This document shows positions 46,086-58,100 of a stretch of DNA of 64,000 nt, in pieces; the stretch's first letter is position 1; the number at the start of each line of letters is the position of its first letter. Under the pieces are notes generated by a model, which saw nothing but the letters and a program-made list of their open reading frames with translations, was not told the origin of the DNA and searched no databases. The stretch is taken from assembly GCA_000442015.1 (NCBI GenBank), contig KE561079.1:1-64000 (forward strand). The letters run 5' to 3'. Position numbers and translations under genes: made by a program. This DNA comes from Rozella allomycis CSF55. Taxonomy: Eukaryota.

Positions 46086-47956
46086 ATGAGTCAACAACAA
46101 AGCTTTTTTGATGATTCATCTTCCCATTCATCCACACTTCAATCGTGGGTTTTCTCAGATGATGATGTCCAGTTTCAAAACAATGTCGCACAACAAGCAC
46201 TAGACGATTTTGAAGAAGAATACGAAAATGGTACAGAATATAAGGAGTGGAGGAAAATTTTGCCCAGGTTAAGGTAAGGTTGAAAGTAATTGCTTTTCAG
46301 ATTAAAAGGCTCTTCATTGCTATGTTTAAAAAGTTCTTATACGGAACAAGCTCCCTTGTCACCGTATGTCTCTCGGATTCCTAAATTGAATCAGCAGAAT
46401 AATTATAGTCCCTTGGAAAACGTACTCTTCTGCAGCAAATTATCTCAAGATGACTTTTTTAACAGCAAGACGCCATCAAAAACACTAGAAGGACCTGATG
46501 TGCATTTAAGGATAGGCGAAAAGTTCAATTTTCCACACAAAGATATTGAAGAATATTTTGATCGATTAACTAATGGTGATGGATTTACTATTGATTATTT
46601 TGCCATTTTAACAAATTCTGAAGGCGATGTGACCTTATGTCCATATGTTAGTGATGTCAGCTGGTTCGAATTGTTGTCAGCTTTGAACTCAAAAACAGAA
46701 ATGTGCTTATGGTGTAGATTACCCATTGGTTTAGCAGAAGAAAACCTTAAATTTTCTTGTTCAGTTTTCTCAACGTTCGGATTATTCTACTTTGTACCAG
46801 GAAACATGAAAGGCAGGCCTGTCCCTTCTATATTTGATTTCTTGCCGTTTAATTTAACTTCCAGTGCCCCAGTCATGGAAGTTTGTGATCTTAAAGCTAC
46901 AATCATTTTTGACAATGTCAAATCCTATTATAACAATAGAGGGGAAGAGATTATTTGCAAAGATGGGGAGGAAGAGGAAATAATTGTTAATGACTATCCT
47001 TTAGAAGCCCAGATCACAAGGTAATAATAAGAAGTCTCTGAAACAGCAATGACATGAATTTGGAGACGATTGACCAAAAATATGAAGAAATTTGGCCGCA
47101 AGTAAGTTTGATATATGAATTGAATCAGATTTTGGAGCTTGCGCTGCCTAAATTAAATTCACAGCAAGAATGTTTTTCGTCATGTAATGACGCCGTTTCG
47201 ACCACCACTGGTGGTACCTTGTCTTTCAAATCGTTATCGAGCGTTGAAAACACTAAATTAGTAGAATTAATAACAGAAAAGTAATTAATAATCTTAATAG
47301 AGAAAAGCAAGACGGCCGTCACCTCATTTGCAACCTGAATCTAAACAAGTGATGCGGCCATTCAAATCGGCTAGGCCAATCACGGAAACCCTAAAAGAAA
47401 CGCCAACTAAATCTATTTTAACCAAAAAGTACAAATTTTACATCAGTAATCATTCAAGTGTACTCAGGCCTTTGAAATCTGCATATCCTAGAGTTCTATC
47501 TGCTATTAATACAGAAAAGTAACTATAGCAGATTAATTCAAAAGAAATTTCTATAGCAGGCCCGGAACTGGTCAATTTTTTAGAAAGCTTCCACCTCTTC
47601 CTCCATTAAATAGAGACAGAGAAAGAGAAAGAAGTGGGATTATAAATTTCGACGGAAAAAGTAGTTACCAAAATTCTAAGGTAGATAAGTTACTAAATAT
47701 TTTTACAGAATAATGACGAGGGCGCCAGACAGCCGGGTGGCAAATTATCTAGGTATGAATCAGCAATGCAACCTAAACTAGATCTGCATGGTCAACTCGG
47801 TCTCAAAAAGAAGACAAAAAGGAAGACGCCTTGAATCTGGATACAATAAAGGGAGTGAGTATGAAGATAAGTACTTTTATTTAATTGATTATAGCAGATA
47901 AACTTGCTACTAGCTTTTCAAAGCCCAAGAGAACAGTGTCGTTTCAAAATCACTAA
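46086..47956 (+). CDS. FAM149/DUF3719-like protein, multi-exon
   Basis: SW...QQALDDFEE...EYKEWRKILPRLR/LKG and EEIICKDGEEEEII resemble DUF3719 motifs. Confidence 0.5.
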
Positions 47957-48074
47957 ATAAAGTTATAATTAATCAAAAATTATAAATCAAATATATGAGC
48001 AAGTTTGAGTGTAATTTTAATAGTTTTTTTGTTTGAGATTGGTAGTGAACGACATTGTTTGGGAAAATTCTAAA

Positions 48075-49177
48075 ATGAGCGAAAACTCGGCATCGTCTTC
48101 CGTTTTTTCTCTCCTTAGCTCCTTGACCAATTTAGTGTTTGATGATAAAAGACCCAAGACTCCAATAAAGCAAGAAGCAAAATTGTCCAAAACTAGCACG
48201 CCAAAATCGGTGAAAAATGATGCTACCAAAACTCCTTCGAAAAGTTCGAATTCTATGATACATTCTACTCCAAAAAAGAATGCTACAACTTATTGGAAAA
48301 CTCCCGTGAAAAAGGCAGTGTCAACTTTGAAGAATGCAATTAATGTTCATCAGGAGGCTTTTCATTCAGAAGAAACTGAAGAGGAACTCTTTTCTCCTTC
48401 GTTTCATGTTGATGAAGCAGAAGATGAAGAGGATTTGACAGCGTATATGACAGCTGAAGACGAACTTCCTCAAGACGATGATATGTTTAACCCATTTACA
48501 TTTATTAGGTATTTACCTGACTTGTCGAATTTCCCACCTAGAAAAGTTAATTTGCCTCGAAAAACCAGGAGTTGCCCACCGATAACGCTGGTGCTTGATT
48601 TGGATGAGACCCTTGTTCATTGTTCAACGACTCCATTGAAAACATATGATCTTACTTTTGAAGTTGAGTTTAATAGTGAGCATTACACTGTTTATGTATT
48701 GAAAAGACCATTTTTGCAAGAATTCTTAGAAAAGGTGTCGACAATGTTTGAGGTGGTTATCTTTACGGCATCACAAAAAGTTTACGCGGATAAACTTTTG
48801 AATATTCTTGATCCTAATAGGAAATATATAAAGTAAGAGCGAGTTTAAAGTTTTATAGGCACCGTTTGTTTAGAGATAGTTGTTTGTATGTGCATGGGAA
48901 TTATTTGAAAGATTTGACGGTTCTTGGAAGAGATTTAAGCCAAACGATAATAGTTGATAATGCACCCCAGTCTTTTGGGTTTCAAGTACGTTGAATTTCG
49001 AGAGTGAATAAGTTGAGCAATGGAATACCAATAGAGTCATGGTATGGCGCTAGAGATGATACCCAACTTTTGTCAGTTTTGGAATTTCTTTCAGATATTG
49101 TTGGTGTGACGGACGTTAGACCTACCATAGAAAATGCATTCCGACTAAAAGAATTGGTCTATGGAAGACAAAAATAA
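48075..49177 (+). CDS. CTDSPL2: FCP1/SCP-family CTD small phosphatase (CTDSPL2-like), 3 exons
   Basis: [53 protein letters not shown]. Confidence 0.88.
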
Positions 49178-49205
49178 ATAGTTTCATTGAGAGGAATTTA
49201 AGTTT

Positions 49206-51233
49206 TTATTTATTTTCTAACAAAATAAACAAAGAATTTCTTTCTCGCTTGTTAATCATCACGTTAATCAAATTTCTACCCTTCCATACAAGAAATTTGA
49301 AATCTTCAGCGCAAAGGATCATTGATCCTGTTGGTATGTCTATTTATATTTCTAACAATAAATTGTTACCTTCCAACCCGTAAGATCTACTAAGCTCATG
49401 GAACCTAGTCTTTTCTTTGGATAAAATTAGTTTCGCATCTGCCATGTCTATCTTCATACTTCTATGGGAAATGAATGGACTAATAGAGTATAAAGCTTCC
49501 TGATGAAATCTAAAAGGACAAAGTCTAACGTCATCAGCAGGTCCATCGTGTCTAGAAAATGTTTTGACTCCTGTATTTATAACACAAAGCTTTTTGGCTT
49601 GTCTGGATTCCAAATACTCTCTCACTTTATTTGATACAAAGTAAATTGAGTTGGGAATACAATAAACCTTGTCGTTCCTTATCACAAAGTTGGAAAATGG
49701 AAAACTCTCAGAAAATCCATAAAATGATTTAACAGAATCAAGATAACTTTGATTGGAAAGGAATACAAAAGGTTCTTCGCGATATCCATTGCTTGGTCTT
49801 TGTGGCTCTAAAATAACAGCGTCAGTATTTGAAATTTCGCATTTATCACCCTGGTCCTTTGAATCACTCTCAAGACTATTTAACATTTCTTGGCATTCCT
49901 TTAATTCGTCTTTCTCTTTCTTCATTTCTTCAGTAGCTTTACATATTTCTTTCATGTTGCCTATCTTTTCAAAGACAGCTACAAAAAACCCTCCTGTGTT
50001 TTGGTCGTGTGGAAGAAACCTCATACATCTTTCCAAAGGAATATTTTCTTCTTCAGTGGGAGGAAATATTGACTTTTTCCATTTGACGTATTTTGAAGGA
50101 ACCTGATCATATGAGTCATAAACATCTCCCTGGGTATCCATGATCTATTAGAATTCCAAATTAAAATTACTTTCCAAGTTTTAAGCCCAGGACGAGCCTT
50201 TAAATCTTTGTGCTTCAAAGTGAAGCCATCAAGTAACTTTAGGGATTCAGGATAAAGACGTAAAATTTCAGCAACAACCGCTTCATTCTCGGCAGGATTA
50301 AAAGAGCAAGTGGAATAAACTATTCTTCCTCCTATTCTTGTAAGCTCACAGCCTCTTTGCAATAATCGTAACTGGAGAGGATGCAATCCAATACCCACAG
50401 AAGGCGTCCATTTTCTCCACATGGCCATGTTTTTTCTAAGTGTACCATCGCCACTACAAGGAACATCACACAAAACCCTGTCGAATAAAATTGGATTCTT
50501 CTCATTGTCATTTAAAGTTGGAAATTGTGTTCCATCATGATTAGTAACGAGTAACATTGGAGAAAGCATTCGCTTTGCTTGATGGACAAGAAGATACGCT
50601 CTTTTATGGTCAGCATCATTAGCAACAACCATTCCATCTGATTAACGTAAAGCAAAAATATTTACCTGGAAATCCTTCGGAGCATTGTTGATGCATCAAC
50701 TGCAGAATCTGTGTAGTCTTAGAACCAGGAGACGCACACATATCCAACACACGATGCTCTGGCTTTAGATCCAGAAATAGTGGGGGGATCATACTAACCG
50801 CCTCTTGCCGACAAATATTTCCAACATCTGTTTCCGCAACTAAATACTGATGGAACTGTTTATGTTCAGGACTCTTTCGTATTCCAACAGCAGATACCTG
50901 GACTTGATACGCAAGATCACCAGGGAACCAAGTCAACGGACTCACATTACCTAATGTAGGGAAATGCTTTTTATAAAGTTGCTCCCTCATTTCATTACAC
51001 AAAGCAGTAGATGGCGCTGACAATCGAAAAGATACAGGCAATTTGGTCTTTAAGATCTCATAAAATTCTTCAAATTCTTCATCTGGAACTATTTCGTTTA
51101 AACGGTAAAATTTTTCAAACTTCTCATTCTTGTATTCAATATTATACGAATCGTAGGTCGTGTTCACTTTATCTTGGTTTGTTTCATCGACTTTAGGTTT
51201 TTTATGGTTTCTTGAATTCTTTTTGCGACCCAT
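49206..51233 (-). CDS. NSUN2: tRNA (cytosine-5)-methyltransferase NSUN2/Ncl1 (Trm4), 4 exons
   Basis: RQEAVSMIPP, LDMCASPGSKT, CDVPCSGDGT.RKN, YSTCSFNP.ENEAVV, PHDQNTGGFFVA. Confidence 0.95.
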
Positions 51234-51402
51234 TTTGACTTAGCCACGTCTGCGCTATTGTTCAATAAGTAATTGCAGCAGATAATGAAAAATGTGAATC
51301 ATTGAATTGCAATTATATGTTTCACGTTGAAATTGCTCTTCATCTTGTTACAAAACATAATGAGGACAATACTTAAATTTGGTTTTTGTGTGGCTTGGTC
51401 AT

Positions 51403-52336
51403 ATGCTCTACGCATTATTTGTCATAGGACCAGCAGGAAATGGAAAAGTAAAATAATATGAATATAGAAAATATAAGACCACTTTATGCTCCACGCTGAT
51501 AGAGTATTTGCAGAACTCTAAGCGATCTGTTCACCTCGTAAATCTTGATCCAGCGGCAGATTATTTTGAGCATATTGAGCCTTCGATAGATATCAAAGAT
51601 TTAGTTACAGTGGATGAAGTTATGCAAGAATGTAATTATGGACCTAACGGTGGACTTTTGTATTGTTACGAGTAAAGAACATTAAAGATTATAAGTAAGA
51701 CTTCTTTTTGATAATGTGGATTGGTTGCAAGAACAAATAGGTGGCTATTCGGAGGATTTTCTTATAGTTGACTGTCCAGGTACCATTTTTATTTTGAGGA
51801 GATGAGGTCAAATTGAGCTATATACTCATGTACCCTACATGAAACAAGTGATAGATCTTTTCCAAAACAAATTTAACTATCGCGTTTGCGGGGCTTATTG
51901 TATGGAAAGCTCATTTGTTGTAGATCCATCCAAATATTTTTCTGGAGTGCTTTGTGCCATGTCGGCAATGATCCAATTAGAAATTCCTTATATTAATGTC
52001 ATGACCAAGATGGATCTAATGCCCAAAGATTCTCCGATGGTTGATAGGTATTAATCTCTCTCGTCAATTATTAGGTTTTTGGATGTTGACACTAGTCTTT
52101 TGCTAGAAACTGCCAATAGGGCTTCACACGACAAGTATCGAAGTTTGAACGAAACGATCGTCAGATTGATTGATGATTATTCAATGGTCAAATTTGTTCC
52201 TCTGGATCGCACTGATGAAGAATCAATTGAAAGGTTAATGCTAGAGATTGACAATGCCCTTCAAGTGTGGGATGATGAAGAGCCGAAAGAAGGAAAAGAA
52301 TTTGATCAAGGAGAAGATTATGACAATGACGACTAA
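51403..52336 (+). CDS. GPN3: GPN-loop GTPase 3, multi-exon
   Basis: VIGPAGNGK/TT, VNLDPAA, YGPNGGL, DCPG/QIELYTH, SAMIQLEIPYINVMTKMDL. Confidence 0.92.
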
Positions 52337-52394
52337 AAATAAACTCATTTTTCTAGATGACCTTCTTATTTTCGATGCGTAAATTTCCGAAAAA

Positions 52395-55090
52395 ATGTTT
52401 CCGAACATTGAAAGAAATATATCCCCAACTTTGATAATCGACAAAAAATTAAACATTAAAAGTTTGAGTAATTCATTTTACACAAAGCTTGGGATTGACA
52501 CTAGTGTTATATTCAGGAACCTCAAGGATCATTTAAAGCCTATTGAGCCTGAAATATATGGAGTTAAATATTTGAATGATTTAACATACCTTAAGAAGAC
52601 AGATTATTCGGTTCTTGATTTCAATGGACATGAATTATACCATTTAGAAGTGTATCCAGACTTGCGANCCATTTAGAAGTGTACCCAGACTTGCGACTTC
52701 CGGTCACATTGGAAAGGGGAGATCAAAAGATGGAAGAAGATTTCTTTATTATAGAAGTACAAAATGTGTATTGCTGCTTGAAATCATTGATCCTTTTAGA
52801 AAGATGCACATCGATATTAAAGAAGAGTGGAATATTTATTACCAACCATGAAGGCTACATTGAGATGACAAATTCATTAGCAGATTCAATGTTTAAAGTT
52901 TCAGATATATCAGAGTCGGAAGATAAGAATGTTTTGAAGTTTTTCAAGGCCGAAGTGAAAGAGTTTATTAAGCAAGTAAAGGAGACAGGCAAGCCCAAGA
53001 GACAGATGAGAACAGTGGCTTATGTTCCAGATGGACAAACAATGACAACAGATTTTGATATAGATGGATTTGAAATATGTGGTGAGTGGACATTTGTGAT
53101 CCGAGTGACGGACACAAGAAGCCATTCATTTGGAGAGTTAGAATTCCAGAGTGTGGTAGATACGGCAGTTGATCCCATCTTGATAGCGAATAGCACAGGC
53201 ATAATTCAGTTTGTAAATAAAGCGACAGTTAAAAATTTTGGATTTGAGGAATCAGAATTGTTGGGTGAAAATTTGAATATGTTGATGCCATCACCTGATA
53301 AAGAAAAGCATGATGGGTACATGTTGAACTATAGACGTACTAATAAGCCTAAAGTGTTAGGCATTGGCAGAGAAGTTGTTGCAAAGAGAAAGAATGGCGA
53401 AATGTTTCCAGCAGAATTGGCAGTGAGTGAATTCATTCATGATGATGAAATAAAGTTTACAGGGATTTTACGTGATATTTCAGAAAAGAAGAAGGCCCAG
53501 CAGAGGATTTTGGAAGCAGAGAAGGCGATATACAAGACTGAAGCTGAATACAAAGCAAAGTCTGAAGTGTTTGCATTTATGAGTCACGAGCTTAGAACAC
53601 CAATGAATGGAGTACTTTGTATGACGACAATGTTGAGAGATACACCCTTGACGCAAGAACAAAGTGAAGTTGTTGATATTATTAGAGCCTCTTCAGAGAA
53701 TTTACTTCATGTAATTAATAACATTTTAGATCTTTCAAAAATTGATGCACAAAAAGTAAATCTAGAACAAATAGATTTTGATCTTCATTCAGTAATTCTT
53801 TCAGTTTTAGAAATCACCCAACCAACAGCTAATAAGAAGCAAGTAGAAACATTTTTAGATTATCCAAATAATTTATCTTTAATAATGAATGGAGATCCAA
53901 CAAGGTTACGTCAAGTAATTATGAATCTTGTTGGCAATGCTGTAAAGTTTACAGATAAAGGACACGTATGCGTTCAAGCGTACAAGGAAGAAAATAAATT
54001 GAAAATTATTGTTAAAGATACAGGGATTGGAATCCCAGAGTCTGATTTACCACACCTATTTGATCATGTTTATCAAACTAAAGCAGCTGTAACCAGATCA
54101 CATGGAGGAACAGGTTTAGGTTTAACTATCAGCCAAAGACTTTGCCAATTAATGGATGGATCGATTTCTTGTTCTTCTCTTGTTAACCAGGGTAGCACTT
54201 TCACAGTAGAAATTCCTTGGAAAGATCCTCTTAAATTCGTGGATACGATTTTCTCAAAATTAAAGATATCTAAGATTGTTCTGTTCCATTCAAATTCATT
54301 AGTTTCACCTCAAATTGTTTCTGACTTTGTCAAGTGTGGCTGTGTCGTATTAGATTTGTTACTTTTACATCCAAATGAAATTGATTCTGATGTTGATTTA
54401 ATTATTATAGACGTTAACACTTCAGGTATTGAAAGACTTCTTTCAGACGATTGGAAAATTATTATTGAAAAACATAAAGCAAAAATTATCTTAATGCACA
54501 ACTATGACACTTTTATTGATTGGAAACAATTTAGAAACATGGGCCTAAATTTTGTTATACGAAAGCCTTATTCTCTTCCAAAAATTCTTTCAATTGTTGC
54601 TAAAATGCAATCTGTTGAACTAAAAGAAATTAGCCTCTTTAACAGCAATCAACTAAAAATATCAACAATATTTACTAGCGCCGAAAAAGACATTCTAAAA
54701 AGACTAAAGGTTCTTGTTGCTGAAGATAACGATATCAATCAAACTATAATGCGTTCATTCCTCTTAAAGTTCGGTATTAATCAAGTGCAAATGGCCGGTG
54801 ATGGAGTAGAAGCTCTTGAATTGTTCAAAAGATCTAAATATGATCTTGTTTTAATGGACTTGATGATGCCTAGGATGGGTGGTGTTGAAGCGGCAAAATT
54901 AATCAGAGAATACGAACTATTAAAGCAATTAGAGAAAACTATAATTATTGCAGTCACGGCAGACGTAATCATAAACCCCAAAAGTGCTTTTCTTGACACT
55001 ATGGAAGACGCTATTACAAAACCAATTGATCATTATATACTGGCACAAAAGATTCGTAAATATTTTCTTGATAATACTAAATCGAAATAA
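52395..55090 (+). CDS. Hybrid histidine kinase: PAS + FixL-like heme-PAS, HisKA, HATPase, pseudo-receiver, receiver
   Basis: MSHELRTPMNG, NLVGNAVKFT, DTGIGI, GGTGLGL, VAEDN..DLMMP..KP; the break at N52668 is an overlap duplication. Confidence 0.95.
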
Positions 55091-55154
55091 ATACTCATTC
55101 ATTTTTAAATTTTATTCTTTGTACTTTGTAGCTATTTTGTAAACAAACTACAAT

Positions 55155-58100
55155 ATGAGCCAAGAAGACAAATCAACCACAAAAGACGATTCATTTTATT
55201 ACGATTTCAATGAATTCAAATTGGCTCCAAAAACAACTGAAAAACCTTTAGGGACATTCAAAATTTCGTACGCCACTATGTTTCATTAGATTTAGCTATT
55301 CCTTTGGCTTTGAAAGTTCTAAGAGGCAAAATGCGTTATATTTAAACGAAAATACTGTCATTACAAGCTCAGGTAGCTCCTTGGTGTTTCTGGATCCTAA
55401 AAATCTCTCTCAAGACCATGTTTCTCTAGACAATGATTCATCCATTAGTTGCATATGCACAGATTCTACTAAATCTTATTATGCCGTTGCTGAAAAAGGC
55501 GTAAATCCGCGTGTATTTATATTTGAATTCCCAAGCAAAAAATTATTCCGTGTTCTCAAAGGAGGTGCTGAAAGGCAGTTTAGTTGCATGAATTTTCATC
55601 CAAATGGAAATTTATTAGCAACTGTTGCTGGATCACCTGACTTTATGTTGACAATTTGGGATTGGAAGCAAGAAAAGATTGTTTTAAGGTACAAGGCATT
55701 CTCACAAGAAGTTTACAATGTTGCCTTTTCACCGTTCACGGAAGGATTACTAACTACCTCTGGATCGGGGCATATCAAGTTTTGGAAAATGGCGCACACA
55801 TTTACAGGCTTAAAATTGCAAGGGCAGTTAGGGAAATTTGGGTTATATGAATTGTCAGACATTTATTGTTTTGCTGAAATGCCTGACGGAAAGATCATAT
55901 CCGGGAATGAGGCTGGTAATTTGTTGATCTGGGAAGGCGGGTTTGTTAAATGTGAAGTGACAATGAAGAACAAAAAGCCAATGCATCAAGGTGCTATAAG
56001 AGTTTGCATCGTTCAAGAAAACGAGGTGATGACGGCTGGAGATGATGGAATGGTACGTACTTGGGATTTGGAAACAATTGATGGCGCAGAGACGGTGGAT
56101 GCTGGCGGTAATTTTGAGATGGAACCAAATGAAGAATTTACCATCTTTAAAGATGCCAAAGTAAATTTATTTAGTAGTTACAATAGATTGTTACTATGAC
56201 TCAAACTCCTGGTATTGTTGGCGAATACTTGGTTCAAGATGAGCAAGGATATTTATGGAAATTTCAAAGCAAAAAGAGAATAGTAGATAAAGTTTTCTCA
56301 TTTCATTCTGGAGTGGTTAATGCAATTGATGCAGCCCCTATAAAGCATGAATGTGTTAGCATAGGAAAAGACGGAACATTAAGATTATATGACTATATAG
56401 ATCATATAATGCTACAAAGAATAAAGTTTTCTTCAAGCGGGACGTTTGCATGCTACGCAAACAAGGTAATATCATTGGTTTGTCCACATAGAAATTTGAT
56501 CCCTTTGGACAAACGATATTAGCTGGATTTGAAGATGGAATTATTAGAGTTGTTAAGGTGTTGGGAGAGGGCATAAAGACGAGTTCAATAATGAAGCCCC
56601 ACACTACTGCCGTGAAGCAAATGGCATTAAATTCTGAAGGCACTTTTCTATGTTCACTTTCTTCTGACAATGAAATATTCTTTTTCCAAGTGCATGAAAC
56701 ATTGAATCCAATTGGTTTTCTTAGTTTGAAGAGACAAGTGTATTCTGTTTCCTGGTCTGTTGATGTCCCCAATCATTTGTATGTCTTGTTAGATAATGAA
56801 GTTCACATGTATACATTCCCTAGAATAGAGAATATTGATAATAAACTAAGTTTTGAATTCCAATTGATTCCCAAAAAGTATAATTTGGATTGGATGGCAG
56901 CAAGACACAAAATAGAACCGCCAAAGGAAACTGAAGGAGAACAAGAAGAAAATAAGATGAAGAAGATTCCAGACCCTGTAACATTTACACCAGTTTCATT
57001 TTGTTGTTTGCCAAATGATAAATTGCTTGTTGCAATAAATTTATCAAATGGTTTATTTGAAGTTTTAGAATGTCAATGGAAGGTGGCAGGGAACGGCAAG
57101 AGCATCCAATTGTGCCAGGGTGTTCTAACGATGATGAAAATATCAAATTCATTTAAATATTTGACATTTGGGATGGTTGATGGAACAGTTGCTTTTTGTG
57201 AATACGAAACTAACGCAACAATTTGGAGATCTCATTTGCATCAAGTAGAAAATGGAAGAGTTTTTTCAGTTGTTGGTAGTTTTGATGACAGCATGTTATT
57301 CTCATGTGGAGAAGATGGCAATGTTTTTGTGTTGAGAAATACAGGGAATGCATTGAAGAATGAAATTGGTAAATTGAAATCAAATATAGAATAGTTCCTG
57401 ATGCCAATTCAAGTGGGACATTCAAACATGTCAATGGCAATGTAGAAGAGATTTTCAATGAAATGAATCCAAATGGATTTTCATTGCAAGAAACGAAATT
57501 AAGAGCAAAACTGGATGCTGAAAAAGAACAAGCAGAGTTAAAGAAACAAGTAAATTTGTTATTTAAAGATTAAAAGTATGTGAGAGACAATGTGAGAGAA
57601 TTAAGAAATGCATTTTTATCTATTGTTCAAGAAAATGCAAAACTGCCTCCAGAATTGGCTCTGCAACCAGAAGAATTTGATGTTGACCCTGGTCTAGTTG
57701 AAAGAATTAGTAATTAAAATAAATATTGTGAAATAAGATTTGGAAATTGAAGAGAAAAAGAACAAATTGAAAGAAGAAATGAAAGAAGTGACAGAAAAAG
57801 CATTTGCAGGACCTAAAAAGTTGATTGAGAAATTTCTGGATCCAATTGAAACGGAATATTTTTCAGTTAAAGCGTTAAAGTCTGGAATTTCAGTTTCAAC
57901 ATTTCGATCATTGAAATCTTCATTTGATGAATCACAATTTACTTTGATTCAACAAAACAAAGAAAACGAAGAAAATTTGTTTTTTGATTTAAAGAAAGAA
58001 TTTGGAATTGAAGAAGCCCCAGCGACTACGATTGTTCAAAAAGAAAAAGTTGATGTGAAGGCCAAAAGAGAAGCAAGAAAACAATTAAGAGCTGAAAGGG

